In this document: piece after piece, positions 1 through 9,057 of the stretch
How the letters are laid out: each line of letters opens with the position of its first letter
How positions within the stretch are numbered: the first letter of the stretch is position 1
Assembly (NCBI GenBank): GCA_023245335.1
Contig: JAHFKK010000001.1
Span: 1,098,053-1,162,052, forward strand
Source of the DNA: Candidatus Gottesmanbacteria bacterium
Lineage (GTDB): Bacteria > Patescibacteriota > Microgenomatia > UBA10105 > UBA927
Length of the DNA stretch: 64,000 nucleotides
Direction: 5' to 3'
The notes under the pieces: model-generated
Database searches by the model: none
What the model saw: only the letters and a program-made list of their open reading frames with translations
Told to the model about the DNA's origin: nothing
Program-made: the position numbers and the translations under genes

Positions 1-51
1 TGATATACTGTTTGTGAACATAACGACATTATTATTCAAAAAATAAATCTT

Positions 52-654
52 ATGGATGATCAAAAACCCACAGCACCGACCACCGAAACTATCCCGTCGG
101 AACAACCGATGACCTCGCTGGATCCGTCCGTCTCCGGGCGCTGGTATGTAGTACACACGTATTCCGGCCACGAAAATAAAGTAGCCGCTAACCTCAAACA
201 GCGCATCGAAACACAAAAACTGACGCACAAAATTTTTGAAATCGTGGTACCGACCCGAAATGTCGTCAAGGTAGCACACGGTAAAAAGGAAGAAATCAAG
301 GAAAAAATTTTCCCCGGATACATCCTCGTCAAGATGATCCTCGATGATGACAGCTGGCTCGCCGTACGGACGACTCAGGGAGTTACTGCTTTCGTAGGTG
401 CAGGCAACAAACCCACGCCTATTTCTGACCGCGAAGTAGAGGCGATCCGCAAGTTTATGGCCATGGAAGCACCCAAATACAAAGCATCGTTCTCTGTCTC
501 AGAAGCCGTCAAGATCGTGGACGGACCGTTTGCCGACTTTTTGGGCTCGATCGAGTCTATCGATGAAGAAAAAGGCAAAGTCAAAGTTTTGGTTTCGATA
601 TTCGGACGGGAAACACCGGTTGAATTAGACTTTTTGCAGATCGCTAAACTGTAA
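52..654 (+). CDS. nusG: Transcription termination/antitermination factor NusG
   Basis: WYVVHTYSGHENKV N-terminus, FPGYILV motif, C-terminal KOW (GPFADFLG...VSIFGRETPVELDF). Confidence 0.98.
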   Translation: MDDQKPTAPTTETIPSEQPMTSLDPSVSGRWYVVHTYSGHENKVAANLKQRIETQKLTHKIFEIVVPTRNVVKVAHGKKEEIKEKIFPGYILVKMILDDDSWLAVRTTQGVTAFVGAGNKPTPISDREVEAIRKFMAMEAPKYKASFSVSEAVKIVDGPFADFLGSIESIDEEKGKVKVLVSIFGRETPVELDFLQIAKL

Positions 655-660
655 ACGTCC

Positions 661-1890
661 ATGATACATGTCCTCGCCCGCAGGATAACACGCGAAATTG
701 ATCATTACCGCGCCCTCCCCACCACAACGCGACTTCTCATCACCTCGTACTTCTACCGGAGTGCGGCCTACCCCCTCATCTCTACCTTCGCGAGCGCCTA
801 TATCTGGCAGGCGAATCATAATCTGACGCTTCTCGTCCTCTACCAAATCGCAGCAATGACACTCTTGCCGATAACCTTCGTGTGTAATAAATGGCTATTG
901 AAACATTTTCCGTTTCTTCATCTCTATGGCGCAGGCGTCATGTTCTCTGGGCTCAGCGCATTGCTGGTGGTATTTTTCCGATCAACGGCACCACTATCAT
1001 ATCTCGTGTATGGATCACTGTACGGTATAGGAAACGGCTTCTATTGGGCAAACAGAAACTATCTCACGCTTCGGCATACGACCGCGGAAATTCGCGGTAC
1101 GTTTACCGGCATAAATATAAGCCTTGCGACCGCAACATCCACCATTATCCCCCTTATCGCAGGTTGGTTTATCGTACTAACGGTAAATAGTCGTATATTC
1201 CCCACGTCCCAAATCGGATACGAATGCCTGGTTGGAGTGGCCTTTATCCTGTTGGTTCTCGCTGGGTGGATTATACGGAACGGATCGTTTGCGCAACCGG
1301 TCGTGGCAGAAACCTCTCGCCGCCCGTTTTCCGCGCTCTGGCAGAAAGCACGACTGCTTTCCATCGCCATAGGCCTGGTTGATGCACCGAGTTATATCCT
1401 CCCCACGGTCCTTATCCTCAAAGTGCTCGGGAACGAAGGTATATTGGGATCGGTGACGGGTGTCTTGTCGCTTATCACCGCCGGTGCGACGTACATCGTC
1501 GGGAGAGTACAACACCGATACCGGTTTCTTCCGACGTTTGTCCTGTTTCTCATCCTGTTTGTTATCGCGGGTGCCCCGCTTATGGCGTCAATTGCCGTCT
1601 GGTCCGTCGCGTGGTATCTCATACTCACGACACTTCTCAATAACCTCATTTGGACGGTAAATGAGCCGATTCTCATGGGTATGCAGGACGACGAAGCGCA
1701 CAATAATCACATAACCCATATGCGCCTCATCATAGATCGGGAAATATTCATTGATATGGGGCGGATACTGTGGTTTGTTATATTTTTACTTCTGGCGCTC
1801 AAAGACCAAACGCTTGCATTATCGGTAACAGGGACGTTAAGCGGAATTCTTGCCCTGATCTTTATCTTCCCGACCGTGCGTCAACACTAA
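661..1890 (+). CDS. MFS-like multi-pass membrane transporter
   Basis: 409 aa, ~12 hydrophobic helices in two halves, MFS-like 'YGIGNGFYWANRNYLTL...RG' segment. Confidence 0.7.
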   Translation: MIHVLARRITREIDHYRALPTTTRLLITSYFYRSAAYPLISTFASAYIWQANHNLTLLVLYQIAAMTLLPITFVCNKWLLKHFPFLHLYGAGVMFSGLSALLVVFFRSTAPLSYLVYGSLYGIGNGFYWANRNYLTLRHTTAEIRGTFTGINISLATATSTIIPLIAGWFIVLTVNSRIFPTSQIGYECLVGVAFILLVLAGWIIRNGSFAQPVVAETSRRPFSALWQKARLLSIAIGLVDAPSYILPTVLILKVLGNEGILGSVTGVLSLITAGATYIVGRVQHRYRFLPTFVLFLILFVIAGAPLMASIAVWSVAWYLILTTLLNNLIWTVNEPILMGMQDDEAHNNHITHMRLIIDREIFIDMGRILWFVIFLLLALKDQTLALSVTGTLSGILALIFIFPTVRQH

Positions 1891-2135
1891 ATCGTCTTGC
1901 CTATCTCATCAAATAATTCTGCTATTCTTTCTTGGGCATCAACATCACGTAAAACTTGCTCACGGTATTTTGCCATAAGTGATCGCGCCCTCCGTCTATT
2001 TCCTTCAAATCGCGCAGCCGATACTCTATCAAATAGCTGATGTTCTTGTGATAGGCCCCTCTGTATAGATCGTATTTGCCAAGCCACCTCCGGATTGCTA
2101 TCCCGTATACTTGCTTGTTGCTTGTCTATGAACAT
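1887..2135 (-). CDS. Small hypothetical protein
   Basis: Fills the intergenic gap; TG-TATAAT 6 nt upstream of the ATG at 2135. Confidence 0.55.
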   Translation of the reverse strand: MFIDKQQASIRDSNPEVAWQIRSIQRGLSQEHQLFDRVSAARFEGNRRRARSLMAKYREQVLRDVDAQERIAELFDEIGKTI

Positions 2136-2171
2136 ATCCTCATTATACATCGGAGCTCACCAATAGGAATC

Positions 2172-3347
2172 TTATTGATTCGACTTGATGTAGACGTACA
2201 CGCCGAAGCCAACAGCGCTAAGGATGAGGATAAGAAGTATGATTCCAAAAGGATTCCCGCCGCCACCGCCGACAACCGTAAATTGCTCGGCAGCCTGGGC
2301 CTGTCCGTCAGGTTTGGTCGCGACAACCAAGAGATTTTTGGTACCGGGATTCAATTTTTTCGTGAACTGAAACGACCACTTACCGTTTTTGTCCGCATAG
2401 ACTTCTCCGCCGATACCATCCGGATAGACCGTAATCGTAATTTTGGAATCGGGCTCGGCCGTACCGCTTATCAAAGGAGTCTCATTGGTTTGATGCTTAC
2501 TATCGGTAAATCCGCCAACCGTGAGAAGAAGCGCGCGCAGCGCATTGCCTCCGGGACCGGGCGTCGGCGTCGCAAATAGAAATGATCCGCCGTTACCGTC
2601 ACACAGACACCCCGGCTTATCCGAACAGAGTTTGTTCCGACAGGCGCGAAGGGTCGCAAATATCGTAGTACACCCAAGTCCCAACTGGCAGTCAGAGTCG
2701 GTCACGCAGGATTTACCGCATACGTCGATGAGCGCAGGTATCGGCGTCGGAGTCGGCGTGATAGTCGGTATCGGCGTATTGGTGGGGTACGGATGATAAA
2801 TATACGGTGTTGACGTCGGCCGAGGTGTGCTGGTCGGGTACGGCGTACTTGTGGGATTCGGCGTATTGGTGGGAACCGGGGTATTAGTGGGAACCGGGGT
2901 ATTAGTAGCCCGCGGCGTCGGAGAGGGGCTCGGCGTCGGAGATGTAGGCGCTACACACGGACCCTCGTAGGTATGTCCAGCGCAAGCAGTCATGTCAGTC
3001 GTCCATTTGCCTCCGCCGGAGGGACAACACCAGGTATGCCCTCCGCACAGGCCCACCCGTCCGGTGGTGTCACATTGTTGTTGATCCCCATCCGGCTCGG
3101 CGGGACAATTCGTCACATTATTGATAACCCAAGCATAACCATTATTACATTGGTTACAATTGTCAAAACTACACTTACTCGCCTGCTGACGAAGCTCCGT
3201 GGGTCTCACAGCCGCGACTACCGAAAGGATGATACCGATAAAGAGAAGAACGAGAAAAATAAGCGTTTTCGGATCTGTCCAACGAAACACGCCCATCCGG
3301 GAAGAACGGGATACGCCGCGGGCTGAGCGCTTTTTAAACTTGGCCAT
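2172..3347 (-). CDS. Surface protein: N-terminal TM, Cys-rich modules, Pro/Thr linker, Ig-like domain, C-terminal TM
   Basis: Two Cys clusters flanking TNTPVP/TSTPYP repeats; 'TPLISGTAEPDSKITITV...ADKNGKWSF' bacterial Ig-like motif. Confidence 0.75.
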   Translation of the reverse strand: MAKFKKRSARGVSRSSRMGVFRWTDPKTLIFLVLLFIGIILSVVAAVRPTELRQQASKCSFDNCNQCNNGYAWVINNVTNCPAEPDGDQQQCDTTGRVGLCGGHTWCCPSGGGKWTTDMTACAGHTYEGPCVAPTSPTPSPSPTPRATNTPVPTNTPVPTNTPNPTSTPYPTSTPRPTSTPYIYHPYPTNTPIPTITPTPTPIPALIDVCGKSCVTDSDCQLGLGCTTIFATLRACRNKLCSDKPGCLCDGNGGSFLFATPTPGPGGNALRALLLTVGGFTDSKHQTNETPLISGTAEPDSKITITVYPDGIGGEVYADKNGKWSFQFTKKLNPGTKNLLVVATKPDGQAQAAEQFTVVGGGGGNPFGIILLILILSAVGFGVYVYIKSNQ

Positions 3348-3544
3348 ATGACCTTCTCATCATCGCCAATTTTTGCTCTCAAATCAAGTGGGAGATACGC
3401 CGCTCTTGTTTCTCATCGTCAATTTTGCTATAGTACCCCTTACCACAGTTCGTCTGTGGGAGAAACGGGAAAGTTTCGAACGTAAAGTACTATTGCTTCA
3501 CAATAGCCTCTTCAGTTTGAACGAATCCCCGATTAAACAAAAAG

Positions 3545-3627
3545 TGAATAGAAAGTAGTGAGTAGTGTATAGAATGTACATCTTGTTTTTCTATATTACC
3601 GCTTAACTATTTGCTTAATTACTAACT
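3545..3627 (+). repeat. Heptamer-repeat imperfect hairpin in the rplK leader
   Basis: tgaatag-aaagtag-tgagtag-tgtatag followed by a roughly complementary cta/act-rich arm ending at the rplK ATG. Confidence 0.5.
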
Positions 3628-4056
3628 ATGCCAGCAAGAAAAGTCAAAACATTACTTAAGTTAAACCTGAAGGCGGGCGAAGCAACAGCAGCGCCTCCCG
3701 TAGGACCGGCACTCGGCCAGCACGGACTCGCCATCATGGAATTCGTCAAAGCCTACAATGAACGCACGGCCAAACTCAAAGGCCAGACGATCCCGGCAGT
3801 CATTACCGTATACGATGACCGCACATTTACCTTTGTCACCAAACTTCCGCCTGTGGCGGCCATGATCAAAAAAATTCTGGCTTTGGAAAAAGGCGGCGGA
3901 AAAGCGGGCCGGGAATCCGTCGGGAAATTGACCAAAGACCAAGTGAATCAGATCGCCAAAGATAAATTAGCGGACCTCAACACAGACGATGTCGCCCAGG
4001 CGGCCAAAGTGATCGCCGGCACGGCACGGTCCATGGGGATCCAGGTAGAGAAATAA
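3628..4056 (+). CDS. rplK: 50S ribosomal protein L11
   Basis: AGEATAAPPVGPALGQHG and GTARSMGI motifs. Confidence 0.99.
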   Translation: MPARKVKTLLKLNLKAGEATAAPPVGPALGQHGLAIMEFVKAYNERTAKLKGQTIPAVITVYDDRTFTFVTKLPPVAAMIKKILALEKGGGKAGRESVGKLTKDQVNQIAKDKLADLNTDDVAQAAKVIAGTARSMGIQVEK

Positions 4057-4057
4057 T

Positions 4058-4918
4058 ATGGGTAAAATCAGACAGGTCACCTTAGGTGACGAGGAATCAG
4101 AAAAAGAAGCACGGCGAAAAGCCGAGGCTCGACGTCAAACCAAAGCCTCCAAAAAGGACAAGGTCGAAGGCGTCGGGCTCAAGGGCGGCGAACGCACGGT
4201 GTTGGTCGAAGGCACAGACATCAAGCCGGAATTCAAAAAACTTATCGATGAAGTGGAATCAGAAGACGGAACGGGTACCAAAAAAGTCGTTAAGAAGAAA
4301 AAAGAGACGAAAGTAAAAGTCCGGAGTAAACGATATCTTGAGGCGGCCGCTCAAGTCGACAAAAATAAGCTCTACAGCCTCAAAGATGCGGTCGGACTGG
4401 TGAAAAAAACGAGCTTAACCAAATTTGACGGCACCATAGAACTGCATGTGAGTCTCAATCCTCTGTCTTTGGGTGAAAAGAAAGATTTCCGTACCGGCGT
4501 ATCTCTCCCCCACGGGACCGGTAAAGAAGTGAAGGTAGTCATAGCGGACGAAAAAATCATCGAGGAAATTACCGCAGGCAAAATTAATTTCGACATATTA
4601 GTCGCGCACCCAAGCATGATGCCGAAGTTGGCTAAAGTTGCCCGCATACTGGGTCCCAAAGGCCTCATGCCCAACCCAAAGACCGGTACCGTGACCCCCG
4701 ACCCGGAAAAGCGTGCGAAGGAACTCTCAAGCGGCCAAGTAAACATCAAAACCGAGCCCGGCAACCCGCTTATACACATGCCCGTCGGTAAAGTCAGCTT
4801 TGAGGACAAAGATATTATCGATAACGTCAAGGCTGTGCTTGAGGCATTGGGCAGTAAAGTCGCCAAAGTCACGCTCTCTGCCACCATGGCCCCCGGGGTA
4901 AAAGTACAGCTCGGATAA
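4058..4918 (+). CDS. rplA: 50S ribosomal protein L1 with Lys/Glu-rich N-terminal extension
   Basis: KFDGTIELH, LPHGTGK and LGPKGLMPNPKTGTVT motifs; directly follows rplK. Confidence 0.98.
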   Translation: MGKIRQVTLGDEESEKEARRKAEARRQTKASKKDKVEGVGLKGGERTVLVEGTDIKPEFKKLIDEVESEDGTGTKKVVKKKKETKVKVRSKRYLEAAAQVDKNKLYSLKDAVGLVKKTSLTKFDGTIELHVSLNPLSLGEKKDFRTGVSLPHGTGKEVKVVIADEKIIEEITAGKINFDILVAHPSMMPKLAKVARILGPKGLMPNPKTGTVTPDPEKRAKELSSGQVNIKTEPGNPLIHMPVGKVSFEDKDIIDNVKAVLEALGSKVAKVTLSATMAPGVKVQLG

Positions 4919-4935
4919 AAATATTTACACGTGTT

Positions 4936-5157
4936 ATGAGCGAATCTAAGCCCTCAATTGGAGACGTAATCCGGATTGCCAAACGTGTTCAACAAATAGG
5001 TGAAGAGAATCCAACCGCGAACGTGAGCGTAGAACACCCGGACACGCGGGACGCTAACGAGCGGGCCATTGAAGTCGCACGAGAGAAGGGACGAATTCTG
5101 AAGGCGACGCGAAACCGTCGCCGTCTCGAAAGCCTGGCAAATCGAGGCTCGAAATAG
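4936..5157 (+). CDS. Small hypothetical protein
   Basis: 73-aa ATG ORF filling the rplA to L10-leader gap. Confidence 0.5.
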   Translation: MSESKPSIGDVIRIAKRVQQIGEENPTANVSVEHPDTRDANERAIEVAREKGRILKATRNRRRLESLANRGSK

Positions 5158-5220
5158 AGCGACACGAATAAAAAATGCGGGCTTGTGTCAAAGAACGGTT
5201 TTCTGATATAATAATTTTAT

Positions 5221-5395
5221 CCTAAAGACCGTAGGTTGAGCGTAGCGAAATCCTGAGCCTTGCGAAGGACCGCTATATTCAATAAATCCTACCGAGGGAA
5301 AATTAGTTAATAGTAAGTAGTGAATAGTAATTTTTCTGTTTACTCCTCACTACTCTCTATTTTCTAACTCTCCTCGCTTTAGGCGAGGTTTTTTG
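5221..5395 (+). ncRNA. L10 leader (ribosomal protein L10/L12 autoregulatory attenuator)
   Basis: AAGACCGTAGG...AATAAATCCTACCGAGG core upstream of rplJ; TATAAT at 5207-5212; terminator CCTCGC-loop-GCGAGG-T6 at 5372-5394. Confidence 0.85.
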
Positions 5396-5411
5396 TTATT
5401 TGGAGGTATAT

Positions 5412-5927
5412 ATGCCAACACAGAGGAAGATCGATACGGTAAATAATCTGACGGAAAAACTCGGCAAAGCGAAAGTCGTCGTTCTTGCCGACTACCGGGG
5501 CCTCAAACATAAACAGCTGGAGGAACTTCGAAAAACACTCAAAAAAGACCAGGGGGAATTCATTGTCGCCAAAAATAGGCTCGTCAAACGCGCACTCGGT
5601 GATAAAGCCGCAAGCGTCGAAACCTCCCTTTCCGAATCTACGGCTGTTCTTTTCGCGTATGCCGACGAAGTAGCACCTCTTAAAAACTTATTGAAGTTTT
5701 TCAAAACCGCGGGCTTGGGGAAAACTAAAGTCGGATTCATGGGGAGTACGGTCATGACCGAGGCAGACGTGACGAAACTCGCTTCCCTTCCGACACGGGA
5801 GATACTCCTAGGTAAGCTCGTGGCCCAATTAAACGCTCCGATTCAGGGATTACATCACGGATTACAGTGGAACATAAACAAACTGGTCTGGGTGCTTAGT
5901 TCTATAAAGGAGAAAAAGACAGCATAA
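5412..5927 (+). CDS. rplJ: 50S ribosomal protein L10
   Basis: LADYRGL, LRK, VAKNRL and LASLPTRE motifs; GGAGGT SD before the ATG at 5412. Confidence 0.98.
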   Translation: MPTQRKIDTVNNLTEKLGKAKVVVLADYRGLKHKQLEELRKTLKKDQGEFIVAKNRLVKRALGDKAASVETSLSESTAVLFAYADEVAPLKNLLKFFKTAGLGKTKVGFMGSTVMTEADVTKLASLPTREILLGKLVAQLNAPIQGLHHGLQWNINKLVWVLSSIKEKKTA

Positions 5928-5937
5928 TACATATCTT

Positions 5938-5966
5938 GCCCTCCTTCGCATAAAGCTACGGAGGGC
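5938..5966. repeat. Short palindromic REP-like element
   Basis: GCCCTCC-ttcgcataaagctac-GGAGGGC hairpin between rplJ and rplL. Confidence 0.5.
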
Positions 5967-6026
5967 CTAAGAAACGCTAGACTCATTAACATTCATTACG
6001 CGTTTCTAAGGGAGGTGACACAAACA

Positions 6027-6413
6027 ATGGCAAAATTATCGAAAAGCGAAATCATGTCAGCCGTCGAGGAAATGACCGTATTGGAGCTTGCTGACCTCGT
6101 CAAAGCATTAGAAGACAAGTTTGGTGTCACCGCAGCCCCCGTGGCTGTAGCTGGAGCCGCTCCAGCCGCCGCGGACAGTGGTGAACCCAAAGAGGAACAG
6201 ACAGTATGGAACGTCGTACTCGCAAACTCAGGTACGAATAAAATCGGAGTCATTAAGGCAGTCCGAGAAATCGTGCCCACGTTGGGACTCCAAGAAGCGA
6301 AGACTCTCGTTGAATCCGCTCCGAAAGATGTCGTGACAGGAGTGAACAAATCCGCAGCCGAAGAAGCCAAGAAAAAGCTTGAGGCCGCAGGAGCTAAGGT
6401 TGAGCTGAAGTAA
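6027..6413 (+). CDS. rplL: 50S ribosomal protein L7/L12
   Basis: [32 protein letters not shown] and [11 protein letters not shown] motifs; GGAGGT SD. Confidence 0.99.
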   Translation: MAKLSKSEIMSAVEEMTVLELADLVKALEDKFGVTAAPVAVAGAAPAAADSGEPKEEQTVWNVVLANSGTNKIGVIKAVREIVPTLGLQEAKTLVESAPKDVVTGVNKSAAEEAKKKLEAAGAKVELK

Positions 6414-6561
6414 ATAAAAAAACTTGTGAAGAAGCTCCGTGGCAGTTTCCGAATCTTTGAGGAAATACTGCCACGGATCCTATACTAAACCGCCGCAAGG
6501 CGGTTTTAGTATGGGACAAAAAAAGCTTGAGGCCGCAGGAGCTAAGGTTGAGCTGAAGTAA
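6372..6561 (+). repeat. 42-bp perfect direct repeat of the rplL 3' end (6372-6413 and 6520-6561) enclosing a 106-bp two-hairpin spacer
   Basis: aaaaagcttgaggccgcaggagctaaggttgagctgaagtaa occurs twice. Confidence 0.95.
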
Positions 6562-6570
6562 CAGTCTTCC

Positions 6571-6635
6571 GTCATCCCGAGCGAAGTCGAGGGATCCCAT
6601 TGGGATTGCCACGTCACTTCGCTCCTCGCAATGAC
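6571..6635. repeat. GTCAT...ATGAC REP/MITE-like palindromic element
   Basis: gtcatcccgagcgaagtcgagggatccc-att-gggattgccacgtcacttcgctcctcgcaatgac; imperfect inverted repeat with GTCAT ends. Confidence 0.75.
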
Positions 6636-6641
6636 ACTTAC

Positions 6642-6678
6642 AAAAAATCCCGTCCGCCTCTGGCGGAGGGGATTTTTT
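6642..6678 (+). terminator. Rho-independent terminator downstream of rplJL (bidirectional-type)
   Basis: AAAAATCCC-gTCCGCC-tct-GGCGGA-GGGGATTTTTT. Confidence 0.8.
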
Positions 6679-6723
6679 GTAGCAGTTTGACAAGATTGAC
6701 ACTTTCCTGCCACACTTACCACA

Positions 6724-7389
6724 GTGAGCAAGTTTCTCTGGATCTTATTCCTCATGATTGTTCTCGCCGCCCTTAGCGTTATCGGTTATCTAGGGTATAC
6801 CTACAGTGCAAAGTACCTTAGTCCCCCGGCAGCAACGTCTTTTGTCTTCCCGACAAGGAATCCAACGACAATGCCCACCGGACCGCCCAAAAGCACACCA
6901 ACCACCGGACCGCCCAAAACCGTCACCGCCGGTCTTAATCATGCTAGCGGAAGCGCATTCCCCAAATACACCATCCAGGTACCTACAAGCTGGACCGTCG
7001 ATCACAAAAGTACGCCTTCACCTCCTACGGATACACTCACTATCACACAGACTGATTATCAGGTAAAAATTTTCCAGGGAGCTCTGGGTAAAGGCCTACC
7101 ATGCCTCTACCCCGGTGATCCTGATGTATCCGGCTTGAGCTCCCGGTTTACTTCCTATTTCCAGCTCAGCGGACAGGCTGGAATCACGTACCGAGGCGGG
7201 ATAGCAGTCGGAACCACGGGGACGGTAGCGACCCAAAAACTCTACAGCGTATGCATGAAAGACGCAAAAAGCAAATTATACGGCCAGCCCACCATGTTCG
7301 GACAGATTTCCTTAAGTACTCCAATTGCAATCGACACGAATATGCAAAATCAAATGGGTGCCATGATTTCCTCGCTGAAGACACCCTGA
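6724..7389 (+). CDS. Membrane-anchored exported protein, paralog 1
   Basis: N-terminal TM and Pro/Thr linker; shares TVTAGLNH, YTI.VP..WTV.H and PCLYPGDPD..G.SSRFTS with the next gene. Confidence 0.8.
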   Translation: MSKFLWILFLMIVLAALSVIGYLGYTYSAKYLSPPAATSFVFPTRNPTTMPTGPPKSTPTTGPPKTVTAGLNHASGSAFPKYTIQVPTSWTVDHKSTPSPPTDTLTITQTDYQVKIFQGALGKGLPCLYPGDPDVSGLSSRFTSYFQLSGQAGITYRGGIAVGTTGTVATQKLYSVCMKDAKSKLYGQPTMFGQISLSTPIAIDTNMQNQMGAMISSLKTP

Positions 7390-7426
7390 TTTGACAAAAG
7401 AATCTGATGCTGTGACAATTCTTACA

Positions 7427-8080
7427 ATGGATAAATTCTTTACGGCATTCGGGAAAATTATTCTTATTTTGCTCGTGGTCGGAGGCGTAGGATACGCGAC
7501 GTATACATATAGTAAAATCTCCGTTACCCAAACGCCGCAAACCAACCAGGGAGAAACTACTACTGTCCCGTCAACGAACCCGGTCATACCCACTCCTACG
7601 CCACAGCCATTACAGACTGTTACAGCGGGACTTAATCACTCAGGAGGCATCTCTTTCCCCGGCTATACGATATTAGTGCCCGCGGGATGGACGGTAAACC
7701 ACCAAGGCACATCCGGTGCTTCGCCTTCCGATACGCTCACGCTTACAAACAGCGGCTACCAGATAAAAATATATCAGGCGGCGACCGGCGGCGCGCCGTG
7801 TTTATATCCGGGTGATCCCGATCAGGAAGGCCCAAGCAGCCGATTCACATCGTTTATCGAATTCATGGGCTCCAACAATAACACGTTCCGTCGAAGTTCT
7901 TCATCTAATTCTACGGAGGCATCTACGGGATATACCTTATGTATGAAAGGCAACGGCAATACGACGTTTGGGCAACCGACCGGGTTCGGCCATATTTCCT
8001 ATACTGCGCCTTCCAATAATCCCGACGAATCGGTCCTTTCCCGAATGGACGTCATGATCGCTTCCTTACATGCACAATAG
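7427..8080 (+). CDS. Membrane-anchored exported protein, paralog 2
   Basis: Same motifs as the previous gene; TTGACA-17-GACAAT promoter 7 nt before the ATG at 7427. Confidence 0.8.
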   Translation: MDKFFTAFGKIILILLVVGGVGYATYTYSKISVTQTPQTNQGETTTVPSTNPVIPTPTPQPLQTVTAGLNHSGGISFPGYTILVPAGWTVNHQGTSGASPSDTLTLTNSGYQIKIYQAATGGAPCLYPGDPDQEGPSSRFTSFIEFMGSNNNTFRRSSSSNSTEASTGYTLCMKGNGNTTFGQPTGFGHISYTAPSNNPDESVLSRMDVMIASLHAQ

Positions 8081-8097
8081 CAAATCGGCCGATAGAA

Positions 8098-8832
8098 TTA
8101 TTTCCACGACCCCAGCCACGTGAGTGTGGGAATCTGCAGGTGAACATCATTCATGAAAAGATTGCGGACCTTCGTGATCACTTCGGGATCGTATGCGGTA
8201 CCGCTCCCCTTCGCCACTTCCTCCATGGCTTCCTTAAGCGTAAATGACCGGTCGTGGTAGCTACGTGGTTCACACCGACTCACGACCTGATCTATGACCG
8301 CTGCCAGCCGAACGACGGGAGACAGCATATCGCCGATGAGGTGGTTGGGGTTACCGGTTCCGTCAAGCTTCTCGTGGTGCCGGGTGACTATCTCGTACAT
8401 GACATTCGGCAATGTCTCACCGGAAATATATTCGTAGCGCTTAAGAAGAGTGACGGCTGTCGTGACATGGTTCTGAAGCGCTGCAAGCTCGGGTGCCGTC
8501 AAATCGGTACGTTTCCGATGCCAGATAGTTGGGTCGGGTGATACTTCTGATTTTCCTATATCGTGAACCGCATATCCGAAAAGGATATCTTCTAACTTCA
8601 CATCTTTGGGGAGGTCGTTGGGATAATGTATATAGTAAAGAGCACTAATCGCGGCTTCGTCTTTTCCATGTTGAAACCAGCGTTCCCGACTATTATCCTG
8701 CAGTCCTCCATCATGGGACCAAATCGGTGCGCGAAGAAGATTGCCGACCCGCGTATCAATCCGGGCCATCATCGGAGCGATTGTGCGATCCCAATGATCC
8801 GGAGAAAAACCGATACGTTCTTTCGTCATCAT
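8098..8832 (-). CDS. HD-GYP-like phosphohydrolase (GYP motif reads GNP)
   Basis: VHDIGK, HHEKLDGTGNP, RLAAVID, R.Y and G.AYDP motifs. Confidence 0.85.
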   Translation of the reverse strand: MMTKERIGFSPDHWDRTIAPMMARIDTRVGNLLRAPIWSHDGGLQDNSRERWFQHGKDEAAISALYYIHYPNDLPKDVKLEDILFGYAVHDIGKSEVSPDPTIWHRKRTDLTAPELAALQNHVTTAVTLLKRYEYISGETLPNVMYEIVTRHHEKLDGTGNPNHLIGDMLSPVVRLAAVIDQVVSRCEPRSYHDRSFTLKEAMEEVAKGSGTAYDPEVITKVRNLFMNDVHLQIPTLTWLGSWK

Positions 8833-9057
8833 GAATAATGCATTATATCAGAAAATATTCTCACCGCTTATTAGGACACGTCGTACATTTATTTCCCGCA
8901 TGAACAAATTATCCACTTTTTATATTTATACATTTCATTGTGCGACTCCCTATTGACAAGGTTTGATCGAGGATGTACGTTTATGATCACAAAAGATAAC
9001 GTCCCTCCCTCGCTTAAGCTACGGAGGGCACAGTCCCAGCCCAAAGAAAGGAAGTAT

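Noticed and set aside
6394-6755. ORFs 6394-6702(-) and 6480-6755(-)
   Set aside because: They are translations of palindromic repeats and the antisense of the duplicated rplL end
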